Source: Desulfobacterales bacterium (GTDB taxonomy: Bacteria > Desulfobacterota > Syntrophobacteria > B119-G9). Taken from it: a stretch of 48,939 nucleotides of DNA. The translations under genes and the position numbers were made by a program. The stretch lies in the NCBI GenBank assembly GCA_026983715.1, contig JALSTM010000181.1:1-48939 (forward strand). The letters are read 5' to 3'. Shown piece after piece: positions 30,851 to 40,172 of this stretch; position 1 is the first letter of the stretch; each line of letters begins with the position of its first letter. The notes under the pieces were generated by a model. The model saw nothing but the letters and a program-made list of their open reading frames with translations, had not been told where the DNA came from and made no database searches.

Positions 30851-30872
30851 TGTAGGGTGGGCTCCGCCCACC
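30851..30872 (+). repeat. GTAG-type REP palindrome
   Basis: TGTAGGGTGGGCTCCGCCCACC. Confidence 0.7.
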
Positions 30873-31195
30873 TTTTAGTGTTCAAAATGTCTCATTCAAA
30901 GGCTTCGTAAGAGCGCTCTCATCAGCTTCAACATACATTTATGGAACCCCTCATTAATCACCCAAATAACCCGGGACCATTTGCACCTCATGCACATTCC
31001 TGATCAACGGTGATGGATTTCGGCTCTTCGATATACTTTATTACTCAGGACGGCACTCAAAATACGCTCTGCTTCTGCCGGAATGACGGATTTTGCATTG
31101 TTCCTAATACACTCCTTTGTTGTATAAGGGGGCCAGAACTAGTGGATCAATATCATTCTGTCATACTTTTACAAAATAGCAGTCATGAGATCTAG

Positions 31196-31354
31196 GAAAC
31201 CGATGAATCAGTTCTGGATTAGCTATGCTATCTATACCTTCGGTTGAAACCGTGGACTACCTCATTCATCACCCGGATAGCATTGCCCTTTAACCCACGG
31301 TTTTAACCGTTGGCAAGGGGTAGAGGATCTTCCCAGAACCGATTCATCGGTTTC
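31196..31354. repeat. Inverted pair of family D REP-like units
   Basis: GAAACCGATGAATCAGTTCTGG (31196-31217) is the reverse complement of 31333-31354 with one mismatch; inner CCACGG palindromes on both sides. Confidence 0.75.
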
Positions 31355-31566
31355 TCTTATGCCTTGATTGATTCACCATTACCCGGTATAATACAAAAAA
31401 ATCCAGTTCAGGCTATATTCCCCCTGTTATTCCCTGTCTGAACAGAAAACCCGAAAATTCAGTAAGTGGCCCCCGCCTAAATTGGTTAAGTCTGTATTGT
31501 TAAGATCCTGGTTACAAACAAAAAACGATTCCACTTTTTACCCTTTCACTTCGGGAGGTTTTAGGG

Positions 31567-32430
31567 ATGACCTACTTCATATCTCTGATTAAAGGTATAG
31601 GTGTATTTTTCTTGGCTGCTATAGCACTATACTACGGCCTGGCTTTCATAGATAGATGGACAACCGGTTTTAAGAGCCTCTTCACTATAATTGTACTCTT
31701 TCCCTTGGCCCTTTACTCCGCCATGTATATGGCGACAAAAATAATCCCGGATAGAATTGGTGACCCGTGGCAAACCATCGTAATGGTGCTAGTGCTGATC
31801 TGTTTTTCCGGAATTTATAAAATCAAACACCATAAAAAGGTAATTGACTCCTTTCAATCTGCTGCCAAGGCTTTGGGACTCGAGTATCATGAACAGTTAA
31901 AGCTTGCACCAGCCTTGGCAGAGAACCCGGCCCTGCAGCGAGGTTTTATGCCTAAAATAGAACAAGCGCTCTACGGAAAATACCGCGGGGTCGAAGTTAT
32001 TATTTTCAACTACCAGTATGAACAGCAATCATCCGACTACCCGGATCACTATTTTCGCACGGTGGTGGCTTTTACTGACCAGAAAAAGAAGCTCCCTGAG
32101 TTTTATCTAAAACCCCAGGGTCTTCTGAGGAGAATTGTTAAAGGTAGGGGAATCTTTTCCAGGGAAGACCCAAAATTTTCAAAACGATACTCTCTTACGG
32201 GCCCCGACGAAAAGGCAATCAAAAAGTTTTTCTCACGCCGAAAAAGAGAGACATTGCTTGGCATGAAGGGCGAGTGGGCGGTGGGATCGGCCCAAGGTTA
32301 TGTAGTTATTTACGCAGACGAAAAGATGGATGAAGAGGTAGAACCCAGTCCAAAGAAAATGGGGGCATACCTTGAACAAACGTGGTTTCTCTATGATGTG
32401 CTATCTTCTGCTGGCGCTGCATTCCTATGA
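31567..32430 (+). CDS. Hypothetical membrane protein
   Basis: GGGAGG RBS; three N-terminal TM helices and a soluble C-terminal domain (EDPKFSKRY). Confidence 0.75.
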   Translation: MTYFISLIKGIGVFFLAAIALYYGLAFIDRWTTGFKSLFTIIVLFPLALYSAMYMATKIIPDRIGDPWQTIVMVLVLICFSGIYKIKHHKKVIDSFQSAAKALGLEYHEQLKLAPALAENPALQRGFMPKIEQALYGKYRGVEVIIFNYQYEQQSSDYPDHYFRTVVAFTDQKKKLPEFYLKPQGLLRRIVKGRGIFSREDPKFSKRYSLTGPDEKAIKKFFSRRKRETLLGMKGEWAVGSAQGYVVIYADEKMDEEVEPSPKKMGAYLEQTWFLYDVLSSAGAAFL

Positions 32431-32484
32431 CGTTGGGATGATTCTCGAAAATCACCCTCTTTTAGCGGTATTCACTAAATTGCC

Positions 32485-32513
32485 TTGACTCGTTGTGGAG
32501 GGTCTTCTATATT
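32485..32513 (+). promoter_or_regulatory. Sigma70-like promoter
   Basis: TTGACT-17 bp-TATATT. Confidence 0.45.
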
Positions 32514-32757
32514 TCGTTATGAATGTTGCGTGTGATTGTGGTCGCGCACTTCGGGGGGATTCAGATCTTATTGACTCAAGCAGTACCGAAAAATTCGAAA
32601 AAAACCAGTTAAGGGTTCCAGGCTCGCTTTTACTTAAAACCTTAACCTTCCGAATAGTCTCCGTGGCTTTCCCGGTAGATTGTCATGTATAGGCATTCGG
32701 TATAACTAAAAAACCATTCTTGTTTAGGAATGGCTCAAAAAATATTTTAGTATTCCA

Positions 32758-34071
32758 ATGGAGTGCAAGGAAACACTAGAGCAGATTCTTAAGCAGGGTC
32801 CCCATCCTCGAGAAGAGATTCTTTGGGCCGATAAACCTCTGCCACGCTTTTTTACCAGTTCCACTACCGTCCACTTCGTTTGCGGCATTTTATGGACAAT
32901 ATGCATTGCTCTTATATTGATACACAGCGCCCGTACCGGAAGCCTATTTACCGGGATATGGCAAGTGGTCCTTATTGCGGCGATATTTGTTCCCTTTTTT
33001 GCTTTGGGTTTACTTCTTATCTTTTCTCCCTTGTGGGAATTCCTGAGAACAAGGCATACTATTTACTCCATCACTAGTGAGCGTACCATAGCCGCCAACT
33101 GCAAACATAAATCTATCATCTGGTCCCGTTCTTTTGAAGAAATCACCCAGATACGCATGGCAGAGAAAAGGGATGGCCTCGGAGATATCATAATCGTTTG
33201 CGGCGTGAGGGTAGTTGGAGGACATGCGGGAGATGAACAGTTTGGGTTCTATAACATTCGAACCCCCCGAGAAGTTGCTCAAATGCTTGAACAACAGGTG
33301 AAATTGGCAACTCGAAAAGACCCGAAAGAATTGATTGAACCTCCTGAGATCACCTGGGCTATGATGCCTGCACCGGATTCCCAACAACCGGTCATTAAAG
33401 AAACATCTCAGAATAGCTTAACCAGGACACTGGTGATTATATTGGTTCTACTTTTCTTTATGAGTGGTCTACCTTTCATCCTTTTTCGCTTGCCATCTCT
33501 CATCCCTCGATTCGCTGATATTGGTATACCCGCTTTTCTTTTTCTCGTGTTTCTTCTCCTATTTCTCCTGCAACTTCGGACAATACTTTTTGCGAGTCAA
33601 AGTACCAAATGGCCCACCACAGAAGGAATCGTCTTAGAGAGTTACATTATTGATGAAGGAGACGGCGGCTATGTCCCGAAGGTGAAATACACCTACCAAG
33701 TGGGCGGTAAAGAATACTTTAACAACCAGATCACCACGACTCAACGTTCAAATACGCTTAACCGCCAACCTGCCGAAAAAATAGTAGCACGATATCCTGA
33801 GGGTGGATCAGTGACAGTTTATTACCATCCGAAAAAGCCAAATTACGCAGTTCTTGAGCCCGGCAGGGGTGCCGGGAATTGGATAGTGGTGGTTATTTTG
33901 CTGTCGTGCCTGCTAGCTTCTGGTATCTGGTTAGCGAAAAGCTGGAGTAAAGTAGAGCTATCGCGTCTTCCACGAACACCGAGAACAGTTGGGCAAAGAG
34001 TTTATTTTGAGCCTGAACCTTTCCGGAGGTTTTTGCCACTTAATATAAAACTTTTACCACGAGACCTTTAA
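32758..34071 (+). CDS. Membrane protein with bacterial PH-like domain and DUF3592-like domain
   Basis: EEILWADKP...YSITSER...DGLGDI in the first half; WPTTEG...YTYQVGGKEY...VTVYYHP in the second half. Confidence 0.75.
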   Translation: MECKETLEQILKQGPHPREEILWADKPLPRFFTSSTTVHFVCGILWTICIALILIHSARTGSLFTGIWQVVLIAAIFVPFFALGLLLIFSPLWEFLRTRHTIYSITSERTIAANCKHKSIIWSRSFEEITQIRMAEKRDGLGDIIIVCGVRVVGGHAGDEQFGFYNIRTPREVAQMLEQQVKLATRKDPKELIEPPEITWAMMPAPDSQQPVIKETSQNSLTRTLVIILVLLFFMSGLPFILFRLPSLIPRFADIGIPAFLFLVFLLLFLLQLRTILFASQSTKWPTTEGIVLESYIIDEGDGGYVPKVKYTYQVGGKEYFNNQITTTQRSNTLNRQPAEKIVARYPEGGSVTVYYHPKKPNYAVLEPGRGAGNWIVVVILLSCLLASGIWLAKSWSKVELSRLPRTPRTVGQRVYFEPEPFRRFLPLNIKLLPRDL

Positions 34072-34144
34072 AATAACGCTTGGGCAAAAGGGGGGCAGTT
34101 TTCAAAGGTCTTGCGGTAATTTCAACCATAAAGGGGGGATTCTC

Positions 34145-35233
34145 ATGATAAGTAAGACACTCACCATACTTGTATTTTTTATTGGAGTGGGCATTTGTTT
34201 TACACGACTGGCGCCTGTTTCTGCTTCCGAGGGATTGAAGGATGAATCGGCAAGCAAGCGGCAAGTGGAAATTTTTCAACCTTTACGGGCAAAACTCGCA
34301 TCTCTTACCACGGGAGAGACATTCTTAGGGAAGTTCCTGCTGAGTCAAGTAAACCTTCCGGATCTTGTCGTAAAAAGCTTTGAAACCGAAATAGTTCTTC
34401 CTGGTCAGCCGACGACTGAGGGAACTTTTAACAAGAAAACCATCTTTTTCATCTGGACTGTGGAAAACAGGGGTGATACCGCAGCAAATGCATCAAAACT
34501 GGTTGTTACATGGGCAGAGAGAATCGGGAACGGAGGCTGGCATAACTTGTCGCCTAAGACCTTCGACATCAAACCGCTTTTTGCAAGACCCGGAACGCCT
34601 CTAGGTGCACAAAAGGTATGGTGGTGGATACCGGCACCGGACGAAAACGTGCAACACAAGTATAGTTTCGCTGCATACATAGACCCTGGGAAAAAGATCA
34701 CCGAGAAAAACGAAAACAATAATGCCCTTTTCTCAAATTACGTTTACCCGGTGCAACCAAAGTTACAAAAGAGACCACAGGGAGTATTTATCGAGAGTGT
34801 AAATAAGCCAAGATTAAAGGCCGGGACAAAAGCACCGGTTGTCATGAAAAAACTGTGGCTGAAATCACCGCATGGAATGGAGACCTGGTATATTGGTGAG
34901 ACTTACCCTATCGAGTGGCAGAGCACAGGCATCGAGGGACGTATACGGATTATTCTTAAGGATCGCCACGGCAAAACGCAGACGCTAAACGGCATGATAG
35001 GAACGAACGTTTTAACAGCCCGCTTTTCCTGGAAGATCGGCTCCAATATCAAGCCCGGTTCCATGTATACCATCTACCTTGTCACAACCGATGGCAAGAT
35101 AAAGAGCACGCCCAGTGGCGGATTTAACATCAAGATGAAGCTGAATCCGTCTCCGGCGAAAAAGGCTTTGGAGAAGAAAACAAAACCAAAACTCAACGCA
35201 CCGCCCAAGGGTACACACCACAGGTTGCAATAA
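34145..35233 (+). CDS. Secreted protein with CARDB domain and C-terminal Ig-like domain
   Basis: Signal peptide; PDLVV...VENRG...IDPGKKITEKNENNN; SPxGxETWxIGxxYxIxW. Confidence 0.75.
   Translation: MISKTLTILVFFIGVGICFTRLAPVSASEGLKDESASKRQVEIFQPLRAKLASLTTGETFLGKFLLSQVNLPDLVVKSFETEIVLPGQPTTEGTFNKKTIFFIWTVENRGDTAANASKLVVTWAERIGNGGWHNLSPKTFDIKPLFARPGTPLGAQKVWWWIPAPDENVQHKYSFAAYIDPGKKITEKNENNNALFSNYVYPVQPKLQKRPQGVFIESVNKPRLKAGTKAPVVMKKLWLKSPHGMETWYIGETYPIEWQSTGIEGRIRIILKDRHGKTQTLNGMIGTNVLTARFSWKIGSNIKPGSMYTIYLVTTDGKIKSTPSGGFNIKMKLNPSPAKKALEKKTKPKLNAPPKGTHHRLQ
34964..35212 (+). repeat. 249-bp near-identical duplication, copy 1
   Basis: Aligns without gaps to 37627-37875. Confidence 0.9.
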
Positions 35234-35325
35234 GCCCGGTATACGGCAGTGCGATGCGTATCGAGCCAAAATTATTTGACATGTTCTCTTCCTTCAATAC
35301 GGAGGGAACAGGGGAGGAGGAAGCC

Positions 35326-37890
35326 ATGAAAAGGCATCTTAAGGTGATAGTCTTAGGGGTAATTGTCTTGATCGGAATGCTTACGTTAGTTACACCATGC
35401 TCGGCTGAAGTTTCCCCGATCGCCTGGCAGATGATCAACCACAAGTTCTACAAGAACAAGCACACATATACGTTTCAGGGAAACTTCATTATCACTAATT
35501 CGCCAAACGGAATAAATGCCCAGATTCGAGCCGATGTCAATTGTGAGTATGACATGCTGAACTATAATTTTCATGAAATTGTTTACTTTAGAATAACCCG
35601 AACAAAATACGCTGGCAGCGGAACGTGTAACATGCAAGGGTATAGCCAAAACTATTGGCTTTACATAACAGATGGTATCTATTTCGCGGATCCATGGCTC
35701 AACTCCTATCCGGGGATGTCATGGCCCGGCGAGATTCGTACTCGTGAGAATCATTATTTACCGGTGTCTGGAGGTTGCTTTGATATAATAGAGAATTATT
35801 TGGATTCATTTTTTTTCCCGATGTCGCTTTCCGCTACCGCCGGTCTCCGGGAACAGCTTACAGAGGAAGCGGCTGCCGCACCCTGGCCTCCGTGTGAGCC
35901 AGGAGCTCCCGGGATCGTCTCACCCGGGGAAAACCAGCTTTTCGAATCCGGCCACGTGCCGCTGTACTTTGAGTTTGACTGCAGGTACGATGATTACTCC
36001 AAGAATTTTTTCATGATCTATTTGCAAAGGCGGGTATCAAAAGCGGGGAAAAATAAAAAGATAAGATCTTTATGGCAGCCGGTGGGCATTTCGGAGCTCT
36101 ATTTGAACAGGCTGAAGATGAGGCCGTCTGTGCTCCTTTACGAAGTGCGTTCTTTCGGGCAACAGAAGGTCCATCTCAGGTTCGACGGGGAGTACACCGA
36201 ATTGCGGATGAGAGTGGAATCATGGATCTGGGACAAGGATCAAAACAAGTACATGGTCAGTCCCCAACAGCCAGAATGGCGCCATTTCCGCGTAGGGCAT
36301 CCCAAGATCGGGAAAATGGACAAAGACCTCTTTTCAAATATGAAAAAGCTAGACCTTCTCATTTCAGAGAAAGTCGATGTCTTTGACGATATCATGTGGG
36401 GGGAAGAAACTCACGCCATCCTGTTTCAATTTCGCTGCAGAAACAACGGCGGTTTTATCGACCAACCCGTGAAGGTCGACATCCAATGCAAAAAAAACGG
36501 CGAGCCGATTCCACAGAACGAAATTCTGCTCGCCGATACCGGGGTATATGGTTCACCCCCGCAGATGGGCGAAGAAAAACTTGTTCAGTTCTGGGTCAAG
36601 AATTCTATAAAGTCGGCCCAGTACGATTTTACCGTCACAGCAGACCCCGCTCACAAAATTCAGGAATCAAACGAAGAAAACAACTCCCGCGAGTTTACCT
36701 TCCACACCAGGGGCTACAAGCCCCGCCTCAAGCCAAGAATCGAGGTGACCACGCCGCTGAATCTGGAGTGGCAGGCGGGCAAGGAATACCTGGTGGAATG
36801 GAAAGGGACCCTTGTCAGGCCCGGCCGGAAGGTACAGGTTTTGCTGCACCCTGAGTTGGCGGGCAGCGGCCCTGAAACAAATATCAGGCTTTCACCTCCC
36901 GGCGGCCTTCCCTTTGATGACGGGCATCACCTTGTCCGGGTGCCCGCCGGCACCCTGCCGGGACGTTACAGAATATACCTCGAAATGGTGGGTGTTCCGG
37001 TATGGCAGGCATACAGCGACGGTCTTGTCACGGTTCGCGGAGGACTGAAACCGGGAGCCCTGGGCCACTTGAAACCCAGGATCCGTGTCCACAGGCCCAG
37101 CCAGCCCGGTCCCTGGTACCCGGGGGAAAACCACTCGGTGCGCTGGCAGAGCTCAGGCATCAAGGGCAAGGTGAGGATCTTTCTTGGCAGGGGCCAGGGG
37201 GAGGCCGTCATGGATGAAGCGTATCGCTATGAATGGTCACCGCCCGGAGGCGTTCCCAACACCGGTTACTGGCGGCATAACCTGCCAAGGAATATAAAGC
37301 CGGATGAACAATACAGGATCTGTATACAGTCAGTGGAAAACAGCAAGATTATGGGATGCAGCGAGGCCTTCCCCATCCGGATGCCCCTGCATCCCGGGGC
37401 GGTAACGACACGAATGAGAGATCACCTGGATCACCATCCCGCGGGCTCTAACCTCCAGCTTGGGCACAAACCTGCCTTGAAGCCAAGCAAGAAACCGCCG
37501 GCAGTGATGCAGAAACTGTGGCTGAAAAGCCCTCGCGGCATGGAGACTTGGTATATCGGCAAGACCTATCCCGTCACCTGGAAGTCCACCGGCGTCACCG
37601 GCCGGGTGCGGGTGGTGCTCGTTGACCGCCACGGCAAAACGCAGACGCTAAATGGCATGATCGGAACTAACGTTTCAACAGGCCGCTTTTCCTGGAAGAT
37701 CGGCTCCAATATCAAGCCCGGTTCCATGTATACCATCTACCTCATCACAACCGATGGCAAGATAAAGAGCACGCCCAGTGGCGGATTTAACATCAAGATG
37801 AAGGTGAATCCGTCTCCGGCGAAAAAGACGATGGAGAAGAAAACAAAACCAAAGCTCAACACACCGCCCAAGGGTGCGCACATTAATTAG
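35326..37890 (+). CDS. Large secreted protein with CARDB domain and three Ig-like repeats
   Basis: GGAGGAGG RBS before ATG 35326; signal peptide; ADPAHKIQESNEENN; three WxxGxxxx(V/I)xW modules. Confidence 0.78.
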   Translation: MKRHLKVIVLGVIVLIGMLTLVTPCSAEVSPIAWQMINHKFYKNKHTYTFQGNFIITNSPNGINAQIRADVNCEYDMLNYNFHEIVYFRITRTKYAGSGTCNMQGYSQNYWLYITDGIYFADPWLNSYPGMSWPGEIRTRENHYLPVSGGCFDIIENYLDSFFFPMSLSATAGLREQLTEEAAAAPWPPCEPGAPGIVSPGENQLFESGHVPLYFEFDCRYDDYSKNFFMIYLQRRVSKAGKNKKIRSLWQPVGISELYLNRLKMRPSVLLYEVRSFGQQKVHLRFDGEYTELRMRVESWIWDKDQNKYMVSPQQPEWRHFRVGHPKIGKMDKDLFSNMKKLDLLISEKVDVFDDIMWGEETHAILFQFRCRNNGGFIDQPVKVDIQCKKNGEPIPQNEILLADTGVYGSPPQMGEEKLVQFWVKNSIKSAQYDFTVTADPAHKIQESNEENNSREFTFHTRGYKPRLKPRIEVTTPLNLEWQAGKEYLVEWKGTLVRPGRKVQVLLHPELAGSGPETNIRLSPPGGLPFDDGHHLVRVPAGTLPGRYRIYLEMVGVPVWQAYSDGLVTVRGGLKPGALGHLKPRIRVHRPSQPGPWYPGENHSVRWQSSGIKGKVRIFLGRGQGEAVMDEAYRYEWSPPGGVPNTGYWRHNLPRNIKPDEQYRICIQSVENSKIMGCSEAFPIRMPLHPGAVTTRMRDHLDHHPAGSNLQLGHKPALKPSKKPPAVMQKLWLKSPRGMETWYIGKTYPVTWKSTGVTGRVRVVLVDRHGKTQTLNGMIGTNVSTGRFSWKIGSNIKPGSMYTIYLITTDGKIKSTPSGGFNIKMKVNPSPAKKTMEKKTKPKLNTPPKGAHIN
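37627..37875 (+). repeat. 249-bp near-identical duplication, copy 2
   Basis: Aligns without gaps to 34964-35212. Confidence 0.9.
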
Positions 37891-38007
37891 AAACAGTAAG
37901 TTGATAAGTAAAGCCAAGTAAAAAAATAAACAACCTTTTTACCTTCTCGACACCTCGGTCTCAAAACTAGCCACGAGGTGCCGAGAACAACCCGAGGAGA
38001 AATTGTC

Positions 38008-38526
38008 ATGAAAAAGAAAACGAAAACAATAAATGCAGTCATTATTGCTGCGTGCGCTCTTTTCCTGGGAACCCTGGTTGCATACGCCGGCCAGCCACGT
38101 CCAAGGACACACAAACCTATTAAAGTTAACCGTGCAGATGTAAAGGCGGTTATCACCAAGGTGGATGTAACAAAAACTGAGCCCGACAGCGAAGGCGTGA
38201 CCTGTTACACCATACGTCCGCACTTTAGAGTGCAAAATATCGGAACAGGGACCGCGAAAAACTTTCGCGTGACATTGAAGGGGGCCGTATTCCCGGACAA
38301 AAAGGGATTCACATGGGTCTCATCACCGATCACACTTGCCCCTGGAAACGCTCAAAATTGGGGGCCTGATGAAACAAGGGAGGTTGATTGTTGTATAGAC
38401 AAATTCAAAAAAGAACACAAAACAGTCATCATAGTAGTTCTTGCCGACAGCGCAAACAACCTGTGGGAATATGATGAGGGCAATAACAGGGACCGCAGAC
38501 AAATTGATCTGCATTGGAACCATTAA
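38008..38526 (+). CDS. Secreted CARDB-like protein
   Basis: GAGGAG RBS; signal peptide; VQNIG...ADSANNLWEYDEGNN. Confidence 0.75.
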   Translation: MKKKTKTINAVIIAACALFLGTLVAYAGQPRPRTHKPIKVNRADVKAVITKVDVTKTEPDSEGVTCYTIRPHFRVQNIGTGTAKNFRVTLKGAVFPDKKGFTWVSSPITLAPGNAQNWGPDETREVDCCIDKFKKEHKTVIIVVLADSANNLWEYDEGNNRDRRQIDLHWNH

Positions 38527-39129
38527 GAGGAGCAGTTCCAGCATATTACAGGGTTTTCTTATTCAGGTAAAATCCCCAATCCGCTGGAGGCAATAACCCA
38601 CATGATCAAAAAACCGTTTATGCAGTGGAGATTAGGGGTGCTACCAAAGAGGATCCGTTGTCACTCACATTGATTATATCTTGCGTAACGTTCCGTTTCT
38701 GACCACCCGCATTGGAAGTGTGCTGATACACGATGAAATGTAGCAGATCTGAACACTAATTGAACCAGTCCACATGGAGGGAAAAGTGTCAAATATTCCG
38801 ATACAAAAACAACTCATTGCTATTGCTTTTGTTATGGAGTCAATATTCAAGCATGGTCGCCATTGGCTTCTCCAGAAGCAGTGTGACGAAGAAAAATATC
38901 CTATCAAAGGGTTCCTTTCAAAAAATAATATTGGTGCCAAGCAATGAATGCAAGGGAGTAATTTCCGATGATTTTGTGGTGGTGAATTTTGCCGTCGTTA
39001 AGAAAGATAAATTGTGTTTTCCACTAGGATGGGGATGCGCATTGGGCGGTACCATGCCTGCGTTTAAGCAGGTTAAACCAAAGTGAGATATGAAAAAAGC
39101 ACAGCCATATAGGCATTCTCTATTGCTGT

Positions 39130-40104
39130 TTAGGGGAGAATTACAAGGCGAAAACCGACGTCATTTCCGCGCCGGTGGGAATCATGAAGATGATCCCTGC
39201 TGGCGCACCTCACGTATCGTGGCCTGCTGTACCAGCTGCCTCCTCTTATAACTATATCCGGAATACCATTTTTCTTCACAAGGGGATCACGAGTCACACG
39301 TTTGAATTTACAATATCCCTTGACTAAATAGGTGTCTTCGCACCATTCCCATACATTTCCCAGCATGTCGTAAAGCCCGTACGGATTAGGCTTAAAACTC
39401 CCAACGGGCGCTGTAAAAACAAAACCGTCGTCACATTGATGAATCTGCCACGCGGGAAACCTTGATTTTGCAGATATATCGGCCACATTGGCAAATTTGC
39501 ATGCCAACCCTGGATCAGTCCCCCAAAACCTTGAACTTGTCGTACCTCCTCTGCATGCATACTCCCACTGAGCTTCGGTCGGTAACGAAAAATGTCTCCC
39601 CGTTTCTTTGCTCAGCCATTCTGCCATCTTTTTGGCGTCGTTCCAGGATACGTTGACCACGGGATAATCGTCACCCTGAACGAAGCCGGGCCTTCTCCAG
39701 CTAAACCCTTTTCTTTTTTCCCACGAACCTGTGTATATCCAGGAGAAACCTTCTCTTTCCGCTTCGGTTTTATAACCCGACTTTTCAACAAAAATACGAA
39801 ATTCCCTTACGGTGACTTCAAACCTACCAATCCAAAAGCCATCAAGACACACTTCATGTTGGGGACCTTCATCGGTATCTCTCCCTGTTTCCCCAGGCGG
39901 AGATCCCATTGTAAAACAACCTGCTGGAACCTTGACAAATTCCATTCCAGTTTTCGGTTCAATCCACCTTTGGTAATCGTCGTTTACAGGTCCTTCTGCA
40001 AAGACACACACACCCACCACTTGGAGACATACGAACAAGGCAAGAAGAATGATGAAACATTTGGAGATACCTTCAAAGCCATTTCTTATGGCTTTTTTTC
40101 TCAT
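39130..40104 (-). CDS. SUMF1/FGE-sulfatase domain protein (secreted or membrane-anchored)
   Basis: FTMGS, EGPQH, LPTEAQWEYACR, NPYGLYDMLGNVWEW, RGGSW and GFR; lacks the FGE catalytic CxxxxC. Confidence 0.9.
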   Translation of the reverse strand: MRKKAIRNGFEGISKCFIILLALFVCLQVVGVCVFAEGPVNDDYQRWIEPKTGMEFVKVPAGCFTMGSPPGETGRDTDEGPQHEVCLDGFWIGRFEVTVREFRIFVEKSGYKTEAEREGFSWIYTGSWEKRKGFSWRRPGFVQGDDYPVVNVSWNDAKKMAEWLSKETGRHFSLPTEAQWEYACRGGTTSSRFWGTDPGLACKFANVADISAKSRFPAWQIHQCDDGFVFTAPVGSFKPNPYGLYDMLGNVWEWCEDTYLVKGYCKFKRVTRDPLVKKNGIPDIVIRGGSWYSRPRYVRCASRDHLHDSHRRGNDVGFRLVILP

Positions 40105-40122
40105 CGTCCCCTCAAAAAATAA

Positions 40123-40146
40123 GGGCTCTTTCCGCCGAAAGAGCCC
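40123..40146 (-). terminator. Rho-independent terminator of the dsr operon
   Basis: Perfect 10-bp stem GGGCTCTTTC/GAAAGAGCCC followed by TTATTTTTT on the minus strand. Confidence 0.8.
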
Positions 40147-40172
40147 CTAGTTTTAATCACTTAGCAAATGTA

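Noticed and set aside
30263-31566. Possible CRISPR array in the long intergenic region
   Set aside because: There are no regularly spaced direct repeats with unique spacers; the repeats are inverted and heterogeneous.
32730-32757. Possible upstream start joined to the 32758 ORF by removing one A from a six-A run
   Set aside because: It would add only 9 aa, RBS spacing is poor, and it cannot be supported without reads or homologs.
38760-39086. SDDFVVV resembling the reverse-transcriptase YxDD motif next to an FGE/CLec-type gene (possible DGR)
   Set aside because: No other RT motifs, and I saw no template repeat matching the 3' end of the SUMF1-domain gene.
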